NCBI GenBank assembly: GCA_963700985.1
Contig: OY969554.1
Location: 1,664,001 to 1,728,000 of the forward strand
Reading direction: 5' to 3'
Length of the DNA stretch: 64,000 nucleotides
Source of the DNA: an uncultured Chlamydiales bacterium
GTDB taxonomy: Bacteria; Chlamydiota; Chlamydiia; Chlamydiales; Rhabdochlamydiaceae
Under the pieces are notes generated by a model that saw only the letters and a program-made list of their open reading frames with translations, searched no databases and had not been told where the DNA came from. Made by a program: the position numbers and the translations under genes. Below, piece after piece: positions 9,027-20,197 of the stretch (within the stretch, counting starts at the first letter, position 1; each line of letters opens with the position of its first letter).

Positions 9027-10384
9027 TCTTAGAACATCTAACAGCTCTTGGCCAAAAACAGCTTTTTGTTGGGGTCGAGACACTTTCTCCCTCGCAACAA
9101 GAGATTTTCTATGCGCAACTTAAGAAGTACGATAGCCTTTTACTAAAAAGGCAAAAAGAGGCGCTCTTTCGCTCTTCCTCTTTTCCCCAACTTGAACCTC
9201 TTAGAGTTTTCGATCAGGCTGGTGATAAGGAAAATGCACAATATGGAAAAGAGCTTCTCTCCCAAGGCAAAGTGGGGTGTCTCATCTTAGCTGGGGGGCA
9301 AGGCTCGCGTCTTGGAGCAAGCCAACCCAAAGGGCTTTTACCTCTCACACCTGTACGCCATAAAAGCTTGCTGCAACTTTTTCTTGAAAAGGCCAAAGCT
9401 GCATCTATTCAAGCCGGATGCGTGCTTCCTGTGGCGATCATGACTTCGCCACTCAATCACATAGAAACGCTCTCGTTTTTGGAAAAACATCGCTGGTTTG
9501 GAGTTAAAGAGCCGAATTGTCGTCTTTTTTTACAAGCCGCTCTTCCTTATTTAGATGAAAGTGGAAATTGGCTTCTCGAAGCACCAGGCGTGCTCGCGGA
9601 AGGCGCTGATGGCAATGGCAACTCACTGATTAATTTCTTCAATTCAGGAATCTGGACTCAGTGGAAAGAGCGTGGCATTGAGCATGTTAATCTGATTCTT
9701 ATCGATAACCCACTTGCAGATCCGTTTGACGCGGAGCTAATTGGTTATCATGCCAAGGCCAAAGCCGATGTGACAATTAAGGGGATTTTACGCCGCGACC
9801 AAGATGAGAATGTCGGGGTTGTTGGCATAGGCAGAGGTCAGCTACGCGTGGTGGAATATAGCGAACTTCCTGCAAACGAGCGCGCAGCAGTTGATGCTGA
9901 CGGCTTTCTTCAATGGAGAGTAGCCAACATCAGCCTTTTCTGTTTCAGTATGCATTTCATCGAAGGATTAGCCAGAAACCCGCACGTTTTCATGCCTTGG
10001 CATATGGCTAAAAAAAGCACAAAAGCTTTAGCCAGCGGAGTTTTAGGAGAGAGGCAAGAGATGGTTAAAGCTTGGAAGTGCGAGACCTTTATCTTTGATG
10101 TCTTGAATTTCACTACCAAAGCTAAGGTAATTGTCTATCCGCGCGAAGAGACCTTTGCTCCTTTAAAAGACGCAAACAGTTTGGAAATGGTACAAAAGGC
10201 GCTTCAAGATTCGGATAGACGTGTTTTTGAGCGAATTACAGGCAAAGAGGCCCCTAAACGCGTATTCGAACTAGATCAGGCATTTTACTATCCCACGGCC
10301 GAGCTCATTCAGAAATGGAGAGGAAAAGAGCTTCCTTCGGATCAAGATTACATCGAAGCTTATACGTCAGAGATAGTCCCATAA
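9011..10384 (+). CDS. UDPGP-type (UAP-like) UTP--sugar-1-phosphate uridylyltransferase
   Basis: LAGGQGSRLG..PKG, DGNG, IDNPLA, VEYSE, KCETFIFD. ATG 9011 follows a GGAGG RBS. Confidence 0.9.
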   Translation: MLKDLILEHLTALGQKQLFVGVETLSPSQQEIFYAQLKKYDSLLLKRQKEALFRSSSFPQLEPLRVFDQAGDKENAQYGKELLSQGKVGCLILAGGQGSRLGASQPKGLLPLTPVRHKSLLQLFLEKAKAASIQAGCVLPVAIMTSPLNHIETLSFLEKHRWFGVKEPNCRLFLQAALPYLDESGNWLLEAPGVLAEGADGNGNSLINFFNSGIWTQWKERGIEHVNLILIDNPLADPFDAELIGYHAKAKADVTIKGILRRDQDENVGVVGIGRGQLRVVEYSELPANERAAVDADGFLQWRVANISLFCFSMHFIEGLARNPHVFMPWHMAKKSTKALASGVLGERQEMVKAWKCETFIFDVLNFTTKAKVIVYPREETFAPLKDANSLEMVQKALQDSDRRVFERITGKEAPKRVFELDQAFYYPTAELIQKWRGKELPSDQDYIEAYTSEIVP

Positions 10385-11064
10385 CCCGAAATATGGACCC
10401 CATGGCGATTAGTTTGAGGCACCTCCATTCCTGGATTTTCGCCATGCGTATCATCTGGTATGTCAGAGAAAGATATAAAATCTGCGCTTGGGGGCGCGAC
10501 GCGACCTCTACCATTTTCAGGCGCCTCTTCTCTTACTCTAAATGTGTAGTATGCATTCCCAGGACTAGGTAGAGGGGTATTTTCAGCAGAGCCCGTTGTC
10601 ACAAGAATACTTACATGAGAGCCCGTTGGTACAAAAGATATTCTTTTCTGTTCCGATGGATATTGAAATCGATGCTCATCAGATCTTGTGCATAATTGGA
10701 AGATTTCAGCTGTGCCTCTCATGATGTTGGCCAAGCCATGAACCATATATGTGCTAGCGCGCATCGTTTCTGCGCAAGCTAGAAGAGCTTCTCCTCTTCC
10801 AGATTTACATAGGCAGATAGGGGTGCTGAGGCCTCGGATTATGGTGAAGGCAAGAGCTCCTACGATTTCAAAAGCACCAAATACATCGCGAGCCGCACCT
10901 GACAAGATGGATACCACCCAGAGCTTTCCTGCTTTATTAAGCGCAAGCTCAATCTGAATCAAGGGTGCTTCTATTGAGTCATTAACGAGGGGGGAAGTTT
11001 CGCAACAACTGGTTGGGGATCCTGAGGAAAAGCAGCTTGTTGGATCCAGATTGATACTTGTCAT
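10360..11064 (-). CDS. Hypothetical membrane protein, candidate effector
   Basis: 234-aa ORF; Ser/Thr/Pro/Cys-rich N-terminus, central hydrophobic segment, disordered tail. Confidence 0.6.
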   Translation of the reverse strand: MTSINLDPTSCFSSGSPTSCCETSPLVNDSIEAPLIQIELALNKAGKLWVVSILSGAARDVFGAFEIVGALAFTIIRGLSTPICLCKSGRGEALLACAETMRASTYMVHGLANIMRGTAEIFQLCTRSDEHRFQYPSEQKRISFVPTGSHVSILVTTGSAENTPLPSPGNAYYTFRVREEAPENGRGRVAPPSADFISFSDIPDDTHGENPGMEVPQTNRHGVHISGYGTISDV

Positions 11065-11205
11065 AAGAAACGGAGCCTTTGTGATTTAAAAAGGATACAT
11101 TTTATCTTAAAAAAATTATTCATCAACTAAGAATAACGCTTTGGATTTGACGGTCGCGAAAAACTATGATAACGTGGCGCTTTTTGATTTAGGTAGAAAT
11201 TTCGT

Positions 11206-12204
11206 ATGAAAATTGGCTTTTTGGGTGCTGGAACTTGGGGTTTTTGTTTAGCCTCTCTGCTCGCTTCAAATGGACATGAGGTAGTGCTTTGGACTTCCAA
11301 CCCCGAATTTGCCAAGCTTTTAAACAAAAAACGCGCGCATCCTAAGCTTCCAAATCATAAAGCAGACGTCAAAGTTGAAATCACCAGCGACTTAAAACAA
11401 GCCATTACAGACATAGATCTACTTGCAGAATCTGTGACCTCTATGGGCGTGCGGCCGGTTTTTGAACAGGTGCTCGCTTTGGGAGGCGTCAAATGCCCAA
11501 TCGTGGTTACCTCCAAGGGTATCGAGCAGAATAGCTGCTTACTTCTGCCTGAAGTTATTAAGCAGGTGATGGGCGAGGGGCATAAAAACTTGATCGGGTG
11601 CCTAAGTGGACCGAGCTTAGCGGAAGAGGTGATCGAAAACCTTCCCACGTCTGTAGTGTCTTCCTCGTTCGATTCTGAACTCATGGTTTCCATCAGGGAT
11701 ATTTTCTCTACTCCATTTTTTCGTATTTATCCAAACAGTGATATTGCTGGCGTAGCCTTTGGCGGTGCGATGAAAAACATCATCGCCATCGCTTGTGGGA
11801 TTTCAGACGGCCTAGGGTTTGGCGACAATACTAAAGCCGCGCTAATGACACGCGGTTTGCATGAGATGCGTAAATTGGCAGTTGCCAAAGGCTGTAGACC
11901 TGAAACACTGAATGGTCTCTCAGGCATGGGTGATCTCTGTGTCACCTGTTTATCTAAACTCAGCCGCAATTACACGTTCGGACGTCTTATAGCCGAAGGA
12001 CTAGGCACACAAGCTGCCAAAGAGAAAATCGGTATGGTGGTCGAAGGCACCTATACGTGTGTATCGGCGCTGCAGCTTGGACGCAAAGCTAAGATCGAAG
12101 TGCCCATCACTGCGGCAGTTAACTCAATCCTCTATGAAGATCTCAATCCACGCGATGCCGTTAGAGCTCTTTTACAACGAGCCATTAAGGAGGAGCACCT
12201 TTGA
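11206..12204 (+). CDS. gpsA: NAD(P)H-dependent glycerol-3-phosphate dehydrogenase
   Basis: GAGTWG, SKGIE, LSGPS, KNIIAIACG, GDLCVTC, SRN. Confidence 0.96.
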   Translation: MKIGFLGAGTWGFCLASLLASNGHEVVLWTSNPEFAKLLNKKRAHPKLPNHKADVKVEITSDLKQAITDIDLLAESVTSMGVRPVFEQVLALGGVKCPIVVTSKGIEQNSCLLLPEVIKQVMGEGHKNLIGCLSGPSLAEEVIENLPTSVVSSSFDSELMVSIRDIFSTPFFRIYPNSDIAGVAFGGAMKNIIAIACGISDGLGFGDNTKAALMTRGLHEMRKLAVAKGCRPETLNGLSGMGDLCVTCLSKLSRNYTFGRLIAEGLGTQAAKEKIGMVVEGTYTCVSALQLGRKAKIEVPITAAVNSILYEDLNPRDAVRALLQRAIKEEHL

Positions 12205-13718
12205 TCTACGGACAGAAGGTTATCACTGCAGAAGAGATGGCGCGCATCGAAAAACTGGCTTATTCAAACGGTGTCTCAGAGCTCGAATTCATGGAGAATG
12301 CCGGTAAAGGCATAGCCGATGCGGTTGAAGAGTATATTTCTACTCAGGGCCTCGATAAAACTCTCACACTCCTCATTGGTAAAGGCAACAATGGCGGCGA
12401 TGCCTTTGCTGCCGGAAAGCATCTTCTTACCTCTGGGTATAAAATTACTGCCATCCAGTTTTATCCCTACTCTACCTGCAGCCCTCTTTGCCAAAAGCAG
12501 TGCGATGTATTCAAAGCTGCCGGCGGAATGATCCTTTCCTTCGAACAGGGAAGTACAAGAGCTATTGAACTTGAAGGTGTGTTATTAGATGGTCTGGTAG
12601 GCACCGGCTTTCATGGTAAAGCCGAAAATGAACTAGCTGAGGCCATTGAACTGGCTAACAATTCGAAGTTGCCGATTTTAGCTATCGATATCCCATCTGG
12701 TTTAAATGGGAATACTGGGGAAGTCGCTTCTGTCGCCATCAATGCCACACAGACGATCTACCTCGGGTTGCCAAAATTAGGATTTTTTATAGGTCAAGGC
12801 TGGAACCATGTGGGCGAGCTGCAGCATGTAGATTTTGGTCTGGATGCGAAGTTTTTAGAAGCTGCGCAGGCGCAAGCTTTTTTGATCGATGAGAGAGAAA
12901 TTACTAGCGCACTACCAACTCTCACGCGCAATCGACACAAGTATCAAGCGGGGTATGTGGTAGCCGTTGCCGGCTCACCTGGTTTTGCAGGCGCGGCTTT
13001 CCTTTCGACAAAAGCGGCACTGCGCGCCGGCGCTGGTATTGTGCGTCTATTTCATGCCTGGGGCATGGATGGAGAGCTTGCCGCCGCGCCTCTTGAAGTA
13101 GTTAAGGAAGAGCTCGGAGAAGACAGCCTACAAAGAATTTATGCCGAAAGCCAGCGTGCTAAATGTTTACTAATCGGGCCTGGGATGGGCAGAAATAAAG
13201 AGAGTAAAAAACTTCTAAAAAATCTTCTCCCACGCATAGAACTGCCTTCCGTTATGGATGCCGATGCGCTCTATTTTCTAGCTGAAAATCCCTCTTGGAA
13301 AATCCCTTCAAATGCGGTTTTAACGCCTCATCGCGGGGAAACCGAACGTCTTCTAAATGCCCACAAGTGCGATGAGCAGAAGCTGCATGCTCTATGTCAG
13401 AATTATGTAGATGAGAAAAAGGTTACTCTGCTCTTGAAAGGCGGCCCTTCATTTATCTTCCATCCAAATGCGGCACCTCTTATTTGCCTTCGCGGAGATC
13501 CTGGCATGGCCACCGCTGGCACAGGTGATGTCCTCACGGGAATCATCGCAGCTCTTCTAGCCCAAGGTTTAAATCCGCAAACAGCAGCAGCAGTTGGGGC
13601 AACTCTGCATGGCGCTGCAGGCGAAATCGCTGCTTTTCAAAAGAGCTCTTATGGGCTTATCGCTTCTGATTTAATCGACTTTCTTCCAGATGCGTTTTTA
13701 GAATTCTTAGGTCAATAA
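12201..13718 (+). CDS. nnr: Bifunctional NAD(P)HX epimerase/dehydratase
   Basis: GKGNNGGD, DIPSG, GPGMG, DADAL, TPHRGE, ATAGTGDVLTG. Confidence 0.95.
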   Translation: MIYGQKVITAEEMARIEKLAYSNGVSELEFMENAGKGIADAVEEYISTQGLDKTLTLLIGKGNNGGDAFAAGKHLLTSGYKITAIQFYPYSTCSPLCQKQCDVFKAAGGMILSFEQGSTRAIELEGVLLDGLVGTGFHGKAENELAEAIELANNSKLPILAIDIPSGLNGNTGEVASVAINATQTIYLGLPKLGFFIGQGWNHVGELQHVDFGLDAKFLEAAQAQAFLIDEREITSALPTLTRNRHKYQAGYVVAVAGSPGFAGAAFLSTKAALRAGAGIVRLFHAWGMDGELAAAPLEVVKEELGEDSLQRIYAESQRAKCLLIGPGMGRNKESKKLLKNLLPRIELPSVMDADALYFLAENPSWKIPSNAVLTPHRGETERLLNAHKCDEQKLHALCQNYVDEKKVTLLLKGGPSFIFHPNAAPLICLRGDPGMATAGTGDVLTGIIAALLAQGLNPQTAAAVGATLHGAAGEIAAFQKSSYGLIASDLIDFLPDAFLEFLGQ

Positions 13719-14671
13719 TACTTCAGATACCAATCGATGAAATGGCTCATGCCCTCTTCAAGAGAGGTTTGCGGCTTAAACCCAAGCATCTTTTGGCTTT
13801 TGGATATGTCTGCATAGGTGCTGAGCACTTCGCCGGGTTGTAGGGGAAGCATTTCGATTTTGGCGCGCTTATTTGTCTTTTTTTCAATCAGCGAGATCAG
13901 TGTGAGCAGCTCTTCCGGATGGTTGTTGCCAAGATTAAAGATCTCGCAGGCAGATCCGAGATCGAGAGCGGCAGCTGTGCCTTTAACAATATCATCGATG
14001 TAGGTGAAGTCGCGCTGCATCTTTCCATGATTATAAACTTGGATGGGTTCGCCATTTAGGATGGCGCGCGTGAATGAGAAGGTGGCCATGTCGGGTCTTC
14101 CCCATGGGCCATAAACTGTAAAAAAGCGCAGACCTGTGACTGACATGCCATATAGATGGTGATAGGCGTGTGCGATCAGCTCGTTGGATTTTTTGGTGGC
14201 ACCATAAAGATTAGCGGGCTGGTCGGTGGGATCTGTTTCAGAAAAAGGAATCTTTTTATTTAATCCATAGACGGAAGAAGAAGAGGCGAAGATGAACTTC
14301 ATCTTGGGGTGCTTGCGCACCTGCTCGATCACTTGCACAAACCCATCTAAATTGGAGTGAACATAAGCTTCTGGATGCTTGAGCGAGTAACGAACGCCGG
14401 CTTGTGCAGCCAAGTGCACGAAATGAGTGAACTCCTGTCCGCTCAGGGCTTTCTCCATGCTTGGGCCATCGCAAATGTCATTTTCAAAAACAGATATTCC
14501 AAGAGAATTAAGTTGTTTGGCTCTAGCTCGTTTTAATTCAGGATCGTAATAGTTATTGAAATTATCGCAGCCCGTGACAAGATCTCCTCGTTTTTTTAGA
14601 AAAATAGCTAGATGGAAGCCGATAAAGCCGGCAATCCCTGTAATGAAGATACGTTTTGAAGAGAGAGTCAT
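13712..14671 (-). CDS. UDP-glucuronate 4-epimerase-like NAD-dependent epimerase
   Basis: TGIAGFIG, HLAAQAGVRYS, YGATK, RFFTVYGPWGRPDMA. Confidence 0.9.
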   Translation of the reverse strand: MTLSSKRIFITGIAGFIGFHLAIFLKKRGDLVTGCDNFNNYYDPELKRARAKQLNSLGISVFENDICDGPSMEKALSGQEFTHFVHLAAQAGVRYSLKHPEAYVHSNLDGFVQVIEQVRKHPKMKFIFASSSSVYGLNKKIPFSETDPTDQPANLYGATKKSNELIAHAYHHLYGMSVTGLRFFTVYGPWGRPDMATFSFTRAILNGEPIQVYNHGKMQRDFTYIDDIVKGTAAALDLGSACEIFNLGNNHPEELLTLISLIEKKTNKRAKIEMLPLQPGEVLSTYADISKSQKMLGFKPQTSLEEGMSHFIDWYLKYY

Positions 14672-14738
14672 TGCTGAAAAAGTCCTAGATAGGCTACAGA
14701 TGTTCCTATTCTTTTATAGGAATTGCCAATTTTCTACT

Positions 14739-15794
14739 ATGCACACGGTTATTTTATTTCTTTCGCTTCTTATCTTGGCAACCTCTTGTTCTAATCGCCC
14801 TTATCGCGGACCAGATGTGTTGGGAGCGGATGAGTTTGTCATGGACTCATACAAGATTCGCGAAGGCAAATTCTCTATTTTGCAGATGCAGGGCAAGGAT
14901 CTAGGTTCCCTTTCAAGTACGCTTCTTGAAGATTACAAAGATGTAATTCAAGAGGGGGATCTTTTACAAATTGCGATCTACCATCCCACCCGCGCCGATA
15001 TTAGCGAAGCTGTGCAGCGAATAGGATCCACGGTAGGTTACCGCGTGGCGAGCGGAAAAGTGCTGCTACCCGACTTAGAAGCTGTTGAGGTCAAGGGTTT
15101 AACGCTTGAAGAGGCACGCGAGAAGTTAAAAGAGAAATACCTCGAGCAGATCAAAGATATCGAAGTCTTTATCTCTTACCGCGATCGCATTGAGCGTAAA
15201 GTGGAATTAGCAGGTCTGGTTCAGGTGCCAAATATTCCCGTAGATGGTCGCATTCGTTTATTTGAAGTGATGTCGATCGCTAAAGTTCCCACGCAGGCTA
15301 ACTTTTTTAAGAGTTATGTCATTCGTGATAATGACCTTCTGCCCGTCGATCTCTTCAAATTGATGAAAGAAGGGGACATGACTCAAAATATTGTCATGCG
15401 CGGTGGAGATAAAGTTTACATTGCGGATGCGGCGGCTTCATCTTTGATGGTGTTAGGGGAAGTGGGTAAAGAGCGTGTGGTCGACCTTCCCAATGGTTTT
15501 ATGACACTCAGGCAAGCTCTAGCAGAAGCAGGTGGCATTCCCTACACGGGTGATAAAGCGTATATCCAAGTGATTCGCGGTAACATTTTGCACCCGAAGA
15601 TTTATACGCTTAATTGGCGGCATGTGATCCATCTTCCCAGTGATAGCATGTTGCTAATCCCGGGCGATATCGTCTATGTAGCAGCTACGCCTCTAACCGA
15701 GTGGAACCGCTTTGTATCGCAGCTATTGCCTACCTTCATTGGTCTTGATCTCGTGACCAAAGGCATCAGAGGCGTAGGAGTGAACGTCCCATGA
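14739..15794 (+). CDS. wza: Polysaccharide export outer-membrane lipoprotein (Wza/OPX)
   Basis: Likely start MHTVILF at 14739 with lipobox LATSC. Poly_export motif (VKGLTLEEAR), SLBB repeats, C-terminal PLTEWNRFVSQLLPT. Confidence 0.88.
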   Translation: MHTVILFLSLLILATSCSNRPYRGPDVLGADEFVMDSYKIREGKFSILQMQGKDLGSLSSTLLEDYKDVIQEGDLLQIAIYHPTRADISEAVQRIGSTVGYRVASGKVLLPDLEAVEVKGLTLEEAREKLKEKYLEQIKDIEVFISYRDRIERKVELAGLVQVPNIPVDGRIRLFEVMSIAKVPTQANFFKSYVIRDNDLLPVDLFKLMKEGDMTQNIVMRGGDKVYIADAAASSLMVLGEVGKERVVDLPNGFMTLRQALAEAGGIPYTGDKAYIQVIRGNILHPKIYTLNWRHVIHLPSDSMLLIPGDIVYVAATPLTEWNRFVSQLLPTFIGLDLVTKGIRGVGVNVP

Positions 15795-18622
15795 GCACTC
15801 CAGAAGAAGAGATCCTAATCACATTTGAAGATATAAAATATCTCTTTATCAAATTTAGACCGCGCCTCAAGCAGGCTGCACTTTTTTGCGGACTTGTCAT
15901 GCTGGTTTTTTTCGGTTTCCAGCAGCCCGTTTATCGAGCCACAGCAACTTTTAAACAAGCAGCTACATCTCAGGTAGATCAATCTGCGAATTTAAAAAGT
16001 TTGATGCAGATTGCCAGTTTAAACGAGATGAATCGCGGCGCTTCTGCTCTGATGTGCTCACAAAGGCTCGGTCGAGTTGTGATCGAAAAACTCGGGCTTC
16101 AGATCAGTGTGCAAAATAAGGGACTCCTCACCAAGTTGCTTTGCAACTTCTGGGAGAATATTTGTGCAGAAGCGCGTCTGCCGAGAAAATCTGATGAGAC
16201 TTTTGTTTTCTGCGATGTCCACTATGAAGGCGAAGAACTACTCAATCTTTTTCTGCGCTTTAGCGAGGGAGAGATCTTTGAAATTTTAGATGCGAAGAAG
16301 AATGTGCTGGGAAGCGGGAAATTAGGCGAGCCATTTCAAAACAGTGCCTTTACATTCTGTTTGGAACAAATTCCTAAGCAGTTCGCCTTAAAAAAATTAT
16401 ATCCTCTGAAGATATGCCCTTGGGCTGATGCAGTTAAAAAACAGCTCAAACGCTTTGCGGTATTGCCTCAGAAGCAAGATAAAAACATTCTGAGTCTTTC
16501 TTATGCACATCCAGATCGGCACACCGCTGCTCGTTTTCTGAATGTGATGATGGCCTCCTATCACGACTACTTGAAGAAAGAAAATGATGAACTTGCTAGT
16601 GCGCAACTCGCCTACCTCGATAAACGGCAAGCCGAACTCACTTCTTCACTCGATCGCGTTCTGGATGAACAATCGAATTATATGAAGGAGAATTTAGGCC
16701 GCGATGGTTTTGTGGGTCTTAAAGAAGAAGTGGAGATGTTGGCAATTCCTAAGCAGGCGTACACCTCAAAACTTTTTGATTTAGAAGTCGAAGAGAAACG
16801 GCTTGAAAAAGAACGCGAAGAGTTGCCATTTGTGCTTTCGACCTTAGAAGAAAGGGAAAAGGACGATAAATCTAAAAAGAGCGCTCCTGCACTTTTAGAG
16901 AGCGACCAGCAGCGTTATCAAGAGCAGCTACTGCAGATTTCCCTTAAAGAAACAGAAATGAAAGCAGCGGCTCCCGGACAAAGTGAGCTCACACACGTCA
17001 TAGAAGAAATTAAAGAAACAGAGCTTTTCATCGACCGACTTGAAAAACGCCTCGAGCTTCCTACCAACTCGATTTTGCTAAAAGATGCCAAAAATTTAGT
17101 GCGCATTCGAGTGGATGAGATTCAAAAACTCAAAAGAGATCCTGCACACAAGGGAGCAGACGTTATTGCCAAAGAAAAAGAGCTGGTAAGCTATCTCCTT
17201 TTACATAAGCAATTGCTCACGGACAAAAAGCGCGCGCTCGAAGAGAACCTCTCTTTGCGCACATCATTTAACAAAGAGCTGCAGGGAATTAATCTTGCCA
17301 CTGCACAAAATTTATATGTCTCTTATCAAAATCAACTCGATGGCATTCAAAGCACCATCCGTCAGCTGCTCTATCTGCGCGATCAGATTTTGGCTCCTGA
17401 CTTTGAAATGAGTTCGCTTGGCGCGCTTTTAAAAGACGCCGTAGGTCAGGGTCTCGTACAAAAGGCCGCAGATATTGCCCTGCAGCTGCGCGATCAGAAA
17501 AACCGTAGTATCAAAGAGATTTTTCGTCTGAAAGAAGCCTTAGAAACAGAAAAAACATTTCTGATTCATCATATCGACCAGACAATCGAGCTTGAGAAAC
17601 TGCGCACTAAACTCGTTGAAGAGCGCATCGTCTCCTTACAGAGAATCTGTTTAGATCTAATCAAAAAAGAGAAGACGTTGATTGAAGATAAGCTGGGCGA
17701 GATCAGCGTGAAAATGGAAGATCTGCCTGAGAAATGGAAGCTAGAAAACCATCTGCGCTTTAAAAAAGAACTCGGCATGGGCGTCATCGATGGCATCAGC
17801 AAAATTGTCGAGACGAAAAACTTGCATTACAATCTTTTTTATGTCGATTCAAAGCCGATCGATCTTGCCTTTGCGCCTAAAAAGCTACAGCCACCACAGC
17901 TCTTTATTTTCATTTTTGGGGGAGCGCTGCTCGGCGCTGCAGCAAGCTTTATGTTTTATCTCGTGCGCGGCATTGCGCGTGGTTTTGCAGTCTCTGCCGA
18001 AGCGCTGATGCACTACGGCTTAAATTTTTGTGGAAAACTCAGCCGATTTTCCGATGCAGCCTTTAAAGAGCTAGGCGATGGCGATTTGGAGACACTGCGC
18101 CGTTTAGCTTCTTTCATCTCGCAGCAAAAAAGAAGCAGCCAGCCAATCTGTGTCACCATTCTTGGAGGTGACTCTCCAAACTACGCCGCGAATTTAGCTG
18201 AGCTGCTGGCGCTTGAACAGAAACGTTCGCTGCTCATCCAATGTACCTTCGACAAAAAAGTGCGGCCTGAAGAGATTCCCGGCCTCTGGCATTTTTTAGA
18301 AGGCAAGATCGCTACTGTGCCTCTACAAAGAAAAAGAGATTTTGACTTTTTGCCAACGGGTGGAAATTCAAGACATGCCCCTGAGCTTTTGGCAAGAGCC
18401 ACCTTCCAAAGGCTTCTTGAAAACCTAAAGCCTAAGTATCAGTTCACGTTGATTTACTCGACAGCCAAACCCTCTTTAAGCGAAGCGCATGTCTTTTTAA
18501 AATACACGGATCTACTGATTGTGACGGCAAGCGAAGAGAAGATCGAAGAGCTCGCCCCCTATAAAAAATGGGGCGCTGAAAAAGGCCCACAAGCGCTGGC
18601 ATTTGTGTTAGGAGAAAAATGA
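15791..18622 (+). CDS. wzc: Wzc/GumC-like polysaccharide co-polymerase with degenerate kinase domain
   Basis: Two TM segments flanking a long coiled-coil periplasmic region; C-terminal P-loop-like domain; directly follows wza. Confidence 0.78.
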   Translation: MSTPEEEILITFEDIKYLFIKFRPRLKQAALFCGLVMLVFFGFQQPVYRATATFKQAATSQVDQSANLKSLMQIASLNEMNRGASALMCSQRLGRVVIEKLGLQISVQNKGLLTKLLCNFWENICAEARLPRKSDETFVFCDVHYEGEELLNLFLRFSEGEIFEILDAKKNVLGSGKLGEPFQNSAFTFCLEQIPKQFALKKLYPLKICPWADAVKKQLKRFAVLPQKQDKNILSLSYAHPDRHTAARFLNVMMASYHDYLKKENDELASAQLAYLDKRQAELTSSLDRVLDEQSNYMKENLGRDGFVGLKEEVEMLAIPKQAYTSKLFDLEVEEKRLEKEREELPFVLSTLEEREKDDKSKKSAPALLESDQQRYQEQLLQISLKETEMKAAAPGQSELTHVIEEIKETELFIDRLEKRLELPTNSILLKDAKNLVRIRVDEIQKLKRDPAHKGADVIAKEKELVSYLLLHKQLLTDKKRALEENLSLRTSFNKELQGINLATAQNLYVSYQNQLDGIQSTIRQLLYLRDQILAPDFEMSSLGALLKDAVGQGLVQKAADIALQLRDQKNRSIKEIFRLKEALETEKTFLIHHIDQTIELEKLRTKLVEERIVSLQRICLDLIKKEKTLIEDKLGEISVKMEDLPEKWKLENHLRFKKELGMGVIDGISKIVETKNLHYNLFYVDSKPIDLAFAPKKLQPPQLFIFIFGGALLGAAASFMFYLVRGIARGFAVSAEALMHYGLNFCGKLSRFSDAAFKELGDGDLETLRRLASFISQQKRSSQPICVTILGGDSPNYAANLAELLALEQKRSLLIQCTFDKKVRPEEIPGLWHFLEGKIATVPLQRKRDFDFLPTGGNSRHAPELLARATFQRLLENLKPKYQFTLIYSTAKPSLSEAHVFLKYTDLLIVTASEEKIEELAPYKKWGAEKGPQALAFVLGEK

Positions 18623-19557
18623 AGAAAAAAAGAATTTTAGTCACAGGTGGAGCAGGATTTTTAGGATCGCACTTATGCGAAAGACTTTTGCGCGAAGGAA
18701 ATGCTGTCATCTGCGTCGATAATTTTTTCACGGGCACAAAAGAAAATCTCGCCTCATTTCACGATCATCCCGATTTCACGCTGACGCAGCACGATGTCTG
18801 CACGCCACTTTCAGTAGAAGTCGATGAGATCTATAATTTAGCTTGTCCAGCATCTCCGATCCATTATCAGCATGATCCGGTGCAAACCACCAAGACGAAT
18901 GTGCTTGGAGCGATCAATGTGCTTGCGCTGGCTCATCGCCTAAAGGCTAAGATTTTCCAAGCCTCGACAAGCGAAGTCTATGGCGATCCGGTAGAGCATC
19001 CGCAACGTGAAACCTATTGGGGAAACGTCAATCCCATCGGCATTCGTTCTTGCTACGACGAGGGCAAGCGTTGCGCCGAGACGCTATTTTTTGACTACTT
19101 TCGGCAACACGGCATTCCAATTAAAGTCGGACGCATTTTTAACACCTATGGCCCACGCATGCATCCCAACGACGGCCGTGTGGTTTCAAACTTCATTGTG
19201 CAAGCACTCAAAAACGAGCCCATCACTATCTATGGCGATGGCACGCAGACACGCTCTTTCTGTTATGTCGATGATCTCATTGAAGCCTTCATTAAATTCA
19301 TGCAGACAGGGCCTGCGATTACAGGGCCGATTAATTTAGGCAATCCCACTGAATTCTCGATGCTTGAGTTGGCTCAAGAAATCTTGGCACTAACAGGCTC
19401 AAGCTCCAAACTGATCTTCAAACCGTTGCCAAGCGACGATCCCAAGCAGCGGCGCCCCGACATCACGCTCGCCCGCAACCTGCTCGAATGGCAACCCAAA
19501 GTAGACCTCAAAGAAGGCCTGCTTTCGACCATCCGCTACTTCGAAAAAGTTCTCTAA
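18619..19557 (+). CDS. UDP-glucuronate decarboxylase (UDP-xylose synthase)
   Basis: [53 protein letters not shown]. Confidence 0.95.
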   Translation: MKKKRILVTGGAGFLGSHLCERLLREGNAVICVDNFFTGTKENLASFHDHPDFTLTQHDVCTPLSVEVDEIYNLACPASPIHYQHDPVQTTKTNVLGAINVLALAHRLKAKIFQASTSEVYGDPVEHPQRETYWGNVNPIGIRSCYDEGKRCAETLFFDYFRQHGIPIKVGRIFNTYGPRMHPNDGRVVSNFIVQALKNEPITIYGDGTQTRSFCYVDDLIEAFIKFMQTGPAITGPINLGNPTEFSMLELAQEILALTGSSSKLIFKPLPSDDPKQRRPDITLARNLLEWQPKVDLKEGLLSTIRYFEKVL

Positions 19558-19566
19558 TTCAGCTAC

Positions 19567-19890
19567 TTATTTGGTTGCTTTCGCCCGTCTTCTTGCTCTA
19601 GAAATTCTGATGGGTGATATTTTTCTGCGTCTCTGGTTAGCCTCCCACAAGTGAACATCGGATTGAAGACCGATCCAAAATTCAGGGGATGTGCCTAAAG
19701 CATCAGCAAAATCTAAAGCAATTTCCTCAGTAATCGAACGCTTGCCATGAATAATGGCACTCAATTTAGGTTGTGTCCAAGTACCTCCTAAATGGAGCGC
19801 AAATTCAGACTGAGAAATGTCTAAAGGTATGAGGAACTCTTCTAATAAAATTTTCCCGGGAGGAGTTGGCTTTCTATGTGTTGGCAACAT
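19567..19890 (-). CDS. higA: HigA/VapI-family antitoxin
   Basis: PPGKILLEEFL, GKRSIT, GTSPEFWIGLQ. Confidence 0.92.
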   Translation of the reverse strand: MLPTHRKPTPPGKILLEEFLIPLDISQSEFALHLGGTWTQPKLSAIIHGKRSITEEIALDFADALGTSPEFWIGLQSDVHLWEANQRRRKISPIRISRARRRAKATK

Positions 19891-19897
19891 ATTTTTC

Positions 19898-20197
19898 CTA
19901 GTGATAATCAGTTATTTCTGTTTCGGATGTTCCATGCTTATCGGGATCCCACTTAAAAATGATTCTGTACTGATCATTAATTCTGATGCTATATTTTCCA
20001 GTAAGATTTCCAACAAGTTTTTCTAATCTGTTATTTGGAGGGATCCTCAAATCTTCTAATCGATAGGCCTTGTTGATCATATCAAGCTTAGTCTGAGCTT
20101 TTTCCCATAGAGCTGGATTAAGCTTTTTTCTAGCTTCTTTCGAGTTGATCCCATTGTAAATATCGATTGTTCCCTGGTCGGCAAAAGAAATAATCAA
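19898..20197 (-). CDS. higB: HigB (RelE-like 'killer protein') toxin
   Basis: MIISF, DLRIPPNNRLEKLVG, YSIRINDQYRIIFKW; toxin-first gene order. Confidence 0.92.
   Translation of the reverse strand: MIISFADQGTIDIYNGINSKEARKKLNPALWEKAQTKLDMINKAYRLEDLRIPPNNRLEKLVGNLTGKYSIRINDQYRIIFKWDPDKHGTSETEITDYH

Noticed and set aside
14556-14738. N-terminal extension of wza given in the ORF track
   Set aside because: It overlaps the divergent epimerase gene, and the lipoprotein signal begins at 14739. Similar over-extended starts were trimmed for 38034, 39229, 29540, 53973 and 58667.
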